A stretch of 64,000 nucleotides of DNA from an uncultured Acidobacteriota bacterium. Its GTDB lineage: Bacteria; Acidobacteriota; Thermoanaerobaculia; Multivoradales; JAHEKO01. Made by a program: the position numbers and the translations under genes. Location of the stretch: NCBI GenBank assembly GCA_963713825.1, contig CAVQNG010000003.1:1-64000 (forward strand), in the 5' to 3' direction. The notes under the pieces were generated by a model. The model was not told the DNA's origin. It searched no databases and was given only the letters and a program-made list of their open reading frames with translations. This document shows positions 60,953 to 64,000 of the stretch, piece after piece; position 1 is the stretch's first letter; each line of letters begins with the position of its first letter.

Positions 60953-62062
60953 ATGTCAAACAAGAAACGCATCCTCCTGATCGCTCTCAACGCGACTCTC
61001 GAACTCGAGCGCGAGGCGGTCTGTCACCTGGCGCAGAGTCTCGACGAATGGTGGAACCTGAACGACTCTCGTGCCATGCCTCGAGGCAGTCAAAGCCTCC
61101 TCCTCAACAAGAAAACCGTAACAAAAGCATGCCGTGTTGCCTGCAATCCCGATGCCGTCGCGGACCGCGAACTCCGACGGGCGCAGGAGCTCGGAGCCAC
61201 CATCGTCACCCTGGTCGATCCCGAATACCCCGAGCGACTGCGCGACCTGGACCTTCCACCGCCGGTCCTGTACTGCCGTGGCACTGTCTCTTCCGCCCCC
61301 GGCATTGCGATCGTGGGCTCCCGAAAGGCCAGCCGCGTCGGCCGTGAGATCGCCGAGCTGGCGGGCATGGAGTTGGCGTTCACCGGCCTCATCGTGGTTT
61401 CGGGATTCGCCCGTGGGATCGATGCCGCGGCGCACCGCGGCGCCTTGAGCGCCACAGGTGGAAGGACGGTGGCTGTCCTCGGTTGTGGACTGGACATCGA
61501 CTACCCACGAGGACACAAGTCGCTGTCGAGTCAGATCGCGACTCGAGGCGCTGTTGTTTCAGAATTCCCCTTCGGTACCCGACCAGCGCCGCGAAATTTT
61601 CCGGTTCGCAATCGCATCATCGCCGCCCTCGGTGTGGGCACACTTGTCGTCGAGGCCACACCTCGCTCCGGCTCTCTCATCACAGCTCGTATGGCATCGG
61701 ATCTGGGCCGCGACGTCTATGCGGTGCCCGGTGCGCTGTTCGAGGATCGATCGGTGGGCCCCAACACCTTGATCCGCGACGGCGCTCTGCTGGTGCAACA
61801 CCCGAGGGACATCCTCGAGAGCCTGCCGTGGGAGATCAAGCGGCAACTCGTTTGCGAGGAGGACAAGCCAATGCAGGCTCCTCTGAATGGGCCGAAGGGC
61901 CAACTGCTGGACCGCATGAAACCCGGTCGGATCTACCCTCCCGAGGCCCTCGCCTCGGCCACCGCCTGGCCCATCGAACGGGTTCTGGCCTTGCTTCTCG
62001 AATTGGAGCTCACCGGCTGGGTCCGACGACACCCGGGCCCTGCCTTCGGTCGTAACAGGTAG
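60953..62062 (+). CDS. dprA: DNA-processing protein DprA
   Basis: YPERL, AIVGSR, VVSGFARGIDAAAH, FPVRNRII, VVEATPRSGSLITA. Confidence 0.97.
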   Translation: MSNKKRILLIALNATLELEREAVCHLAQSLDEWWNLNDSRAMPRGSQSLLLNKKTVTKACRVACNPDAVADRELRRAQELGATIVTLVDPEYPERLRDLDLPPPVLYCRGTVSSAPGIAIVGSRKASRVGREIAELAGMELAFTGLIVVSGFARGIDAAAHRGALSATGGRTVAVLGCGLDIDYPRGHKSLSSQIATRGAVVSEFPFGTRPAPRNFPVRNRIIAALGVGTLVVEATPRSGSLITARMASDLGRDVYAVPGALFEDRSVGPNTLIRDGALLVQHPRDILESLPWEIKRQLVCEEDKPMQAPLNGPKGQLLDRMKPGRIYPPEALASATAWPIERVLALLLELELTGWVRRHPGPAFGRNR

Positions 62063-62194
62063 ACTCTTGCCACCTTGCGGCGAAATCTTGACGAGTGGTA
62101 AGGTCCCGCACCTGCTGATGCTACGGGCTGCCGAAAACCCTTCGAGCCCACATTCGGTTGGTACGTCACCAGAGATTACTTGCAGAGAAACGCC

Positions 62195-64000
62195 ATGTCT
62201 TCCCTAGTCATCGTCGAATCCCCCGCCAAGGCCAAGACCCTGGCTCGCATCCTCGGAAACAGCTACACCGTCGAGGCCAGCTACGGCCACGTGCGTGACC
62301 TGCCCGCCGGGGCAGACGCCATCCCGACCAAGTTCAAAGGGGAACCCTGGGCTCGGCTTGGCGTCAATGTGCAGAAAGAGTTCGAGCCGCTCTATGTCAT
62401 TCCCAACAACAAGAAGAAGTACATCAAACGCCTGAAGGAAGCACTGGCTGACGCGGACGAGCTGCTGCTGGCGACAGACGAAGACCGGGAGGGCGAGAGC
62501 ATCAGCTGGCATGTTGTCGAGGTGCTCAAGCCCAAGGTGCCGGTCCGCAGGATCGCCTTTCACGAGATCACCAAAGAAGCAATCCTCGCCGCCCTGGAGA
62601 ACCCGCGCGACATCGACTCCAATCTCGTCAGGGCCCAGGAGAGTCGCCGAATCCTGGATCGGCTCTTCGGGTACGAGCTCTCGCCAGTGCTGTGGAAGAA
62701 GGTACAGCGTGGTCTTTCCGCCGGTCGCGTTCAGAGTGTCGCCGTGCGCCTTTGCGTCGAGCGCGAACGAGAACGTCGAAGTTTCAGATCCGGTTGCTAC
62801 TGGGACGTCGAGGCACAGTTCGCCAAGCAAGAGCAGACCTTCACAGCGAGGCTCGTGAGGGTGGGTGAGCAGCGCCTGGCGACGGGTAAGGACTTCGATG
62901 CCGATACCGGAGAGCTCAAAGAGCGTTCCCAGGCTCTCTGGGTCCGCGACGAGCAGGCGCTGCAAGATCTGATGGACTCCTGGGAAAGCCCCTGGTCGGT
63001 CACCAGCGTCGAAGACAAGCCTCAGATCCGCCGTCCGGCGCCGCCCTTCACCACCTCTTCACTCCAACAGGAGGCGAACCGCAAGCTCCGATTCTCGGCT
63101 CGCCACACCATGAGCATCGCCCAGCGGCTGTACGAGGGCATGGACTACAACAGCGACCGGATTGGTCTCATCACCTACATGAGAACCGATTCGGTCACCC
63201 TGGCAGGCAGAGCGCTACAGGAAGCTCAAGAGGTCATCCGAGAGAAGTATGGCGAGGCCTATGCCCAAGGCCCGCGACGCTATGCCACCAAGACCAAGGG
63301 TGCCCAGGAGGCCCACGAGGCCATCCGTCCTACGAAGCTCTCGCGGACTCCCGACAAGCTCAAGAAGTACCTTTCGCACGACGAGCTCCGCCTCTACGAG
63401 TTGATTTGGAAGCGTACCGTGGCCAGCCAGATGGCGGAGGCCCGCCTGCGTCGTACGACCGTCGAGATCACCGCGCCCGCCGCGGAAATGGCGTCACAAG
63501 GAGTCTTCACTTCCACCGGCACGACCATCGAGTTCCCAGGATTTCTGCGAGCCTATGTCGAAGGATCGGACGACCCCTCGGCGGATCTGGCCGACAAGGA
63601 AGTCATCTTGCCGAACCTGGAAGCCGGAGAGGAGTGCGTGCCCGAGCACCTCGAGCCCAAAAAGCGCGACACCATGCCGCCTGCCCGCTACTCCGAAGCC
63701 AGTCTCGTCAAGAAGCTCGAAGCCGAGGGAATCGGACGACCCTCGACCTACGCCAGCATTATCGACACCATCCAGAACCGCGGCTACGTCGTCAAGCAGA
63801 ACAACGCCCTGATTCCTACTTTCACGGCTTTCGCCGTCACCGAGCTTCTCGAGAAGCACTTCACCGACCTCGTGGATACCAGCTTCACGGCTCGCATGGA
63901 GCAGCAGTTGGACGACATCGCGGCTGGAACGCTCGATTGGAAGGACCATCTACACAGCTTCTACTTTGGCGAGGGTGACGAGGACGTCGGCCTGGAAGAC
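62195..64000 (+). CDS. topA: DNA topoisomerase I (partial, runs off the window)
   Basis: Translated by eye: [55 protein letters not shown]. Confidence 0.97.
   Translation, partial: MSSLVIVESPAKAKTLARILGNSYTVEASYGHVRDLPAGADAIPTKFKGEPWARLGVNVQKEFEPLYVIPNNKKKYIKRLKEALADADELLLATDEDREGESISWHVVEVLKPKVPVRRIAFHEITKEAILAALENPRDIDSNLVRAQESRRILDRLFGYELSPVLWKKVQRGLSAGRVQSVAVRLCVERERERRSFRSGCYWDVEAQFAKQEQTFTARLVRVGEQRLATGKDFDADTGELKERSQALWVRDEQALQDLMDSWESPWSVTSVEDKPQIRRPAPPFTTSSLQQEANRKLRFSARHTMSIAQRLYEGMDYNSDRIGLITYMRTDSVTLAGRALQEAQEVIREKYGEAYAQGPRRYATKTKGAQEAHEAIRPTKLSRTPDKLKKYLSHDELRLYELIWKRTVASQMAEARLRRTTVEITAPAAEMASQGVFTSTGTTIEFPGFLRAYVEGSDDPSADLADKEVILPNLEAGEECVPEHLEPKKRDTMPPARYSEASLVKKLEAEGIGRPSTYASIIDTIQNRGYVVKQNNALIPTFTAFAVTELLEKHFTDLVDTSFTARMEQQLDDIAAGTLDWKDHLHSFYFGEGDEDVGLED

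Noticed and set aside
60953-64000. dprA as a competence target of the ComQXPA-like system
   Set aside because: dprA-topA adjacency is common housekeeping synteny, and it lies on the other side of the suspected chimeric junction.

Overview
The window looks like two unrelated DNA segments joined at about nt 14,558. LEFT (1-14.56 kb) is an accessory, probably integrative element. It carries a large serine recombinase, a ParM/ParR-like partition pair, an RHH regulator with a probable antisense sRNA and attenuator, two orphan genes, a divergent promoter with a repeat array, and the start of a BREX-like operon cut off at the junction. The most interesting part is a rearranged, expanded ComQXPA-like prenylated-peptide signalling cassette: NarL-type regulator, CPBP/Abi protease, 79-aa precursor ending in DWGRRG, ComQ-like prenyltransferase, PDZ/multi-TM/GAF HisKA_3 kinase, and a geranylgeranyl-reductase-family flavoprotein. 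This segment has about 8 apparent single-base frameshifts, either sequencing error or decay. RIGHT (14.56-64 kb) is chromosome of a diderm, probably Acidobacteriota. It holds two ArnT-like glycosyltransferases with a DegT aminotransferase, an FG-GAP protein, an ECF sigma/anti-sigma/HEAT cluster, an ATP-grasp/7TM-transglutaminase/protease triad, a CzcCBA-like RND pump, a sugar-phosphate/Haliangium-type microcompartment operon with an RpiB-DeoC fusion, a full rRNA operon, purNMF, a peptidase-Omp85 fusion, dprA and partial topA. All family calls come from motif recognition by eye; no database searches were run.
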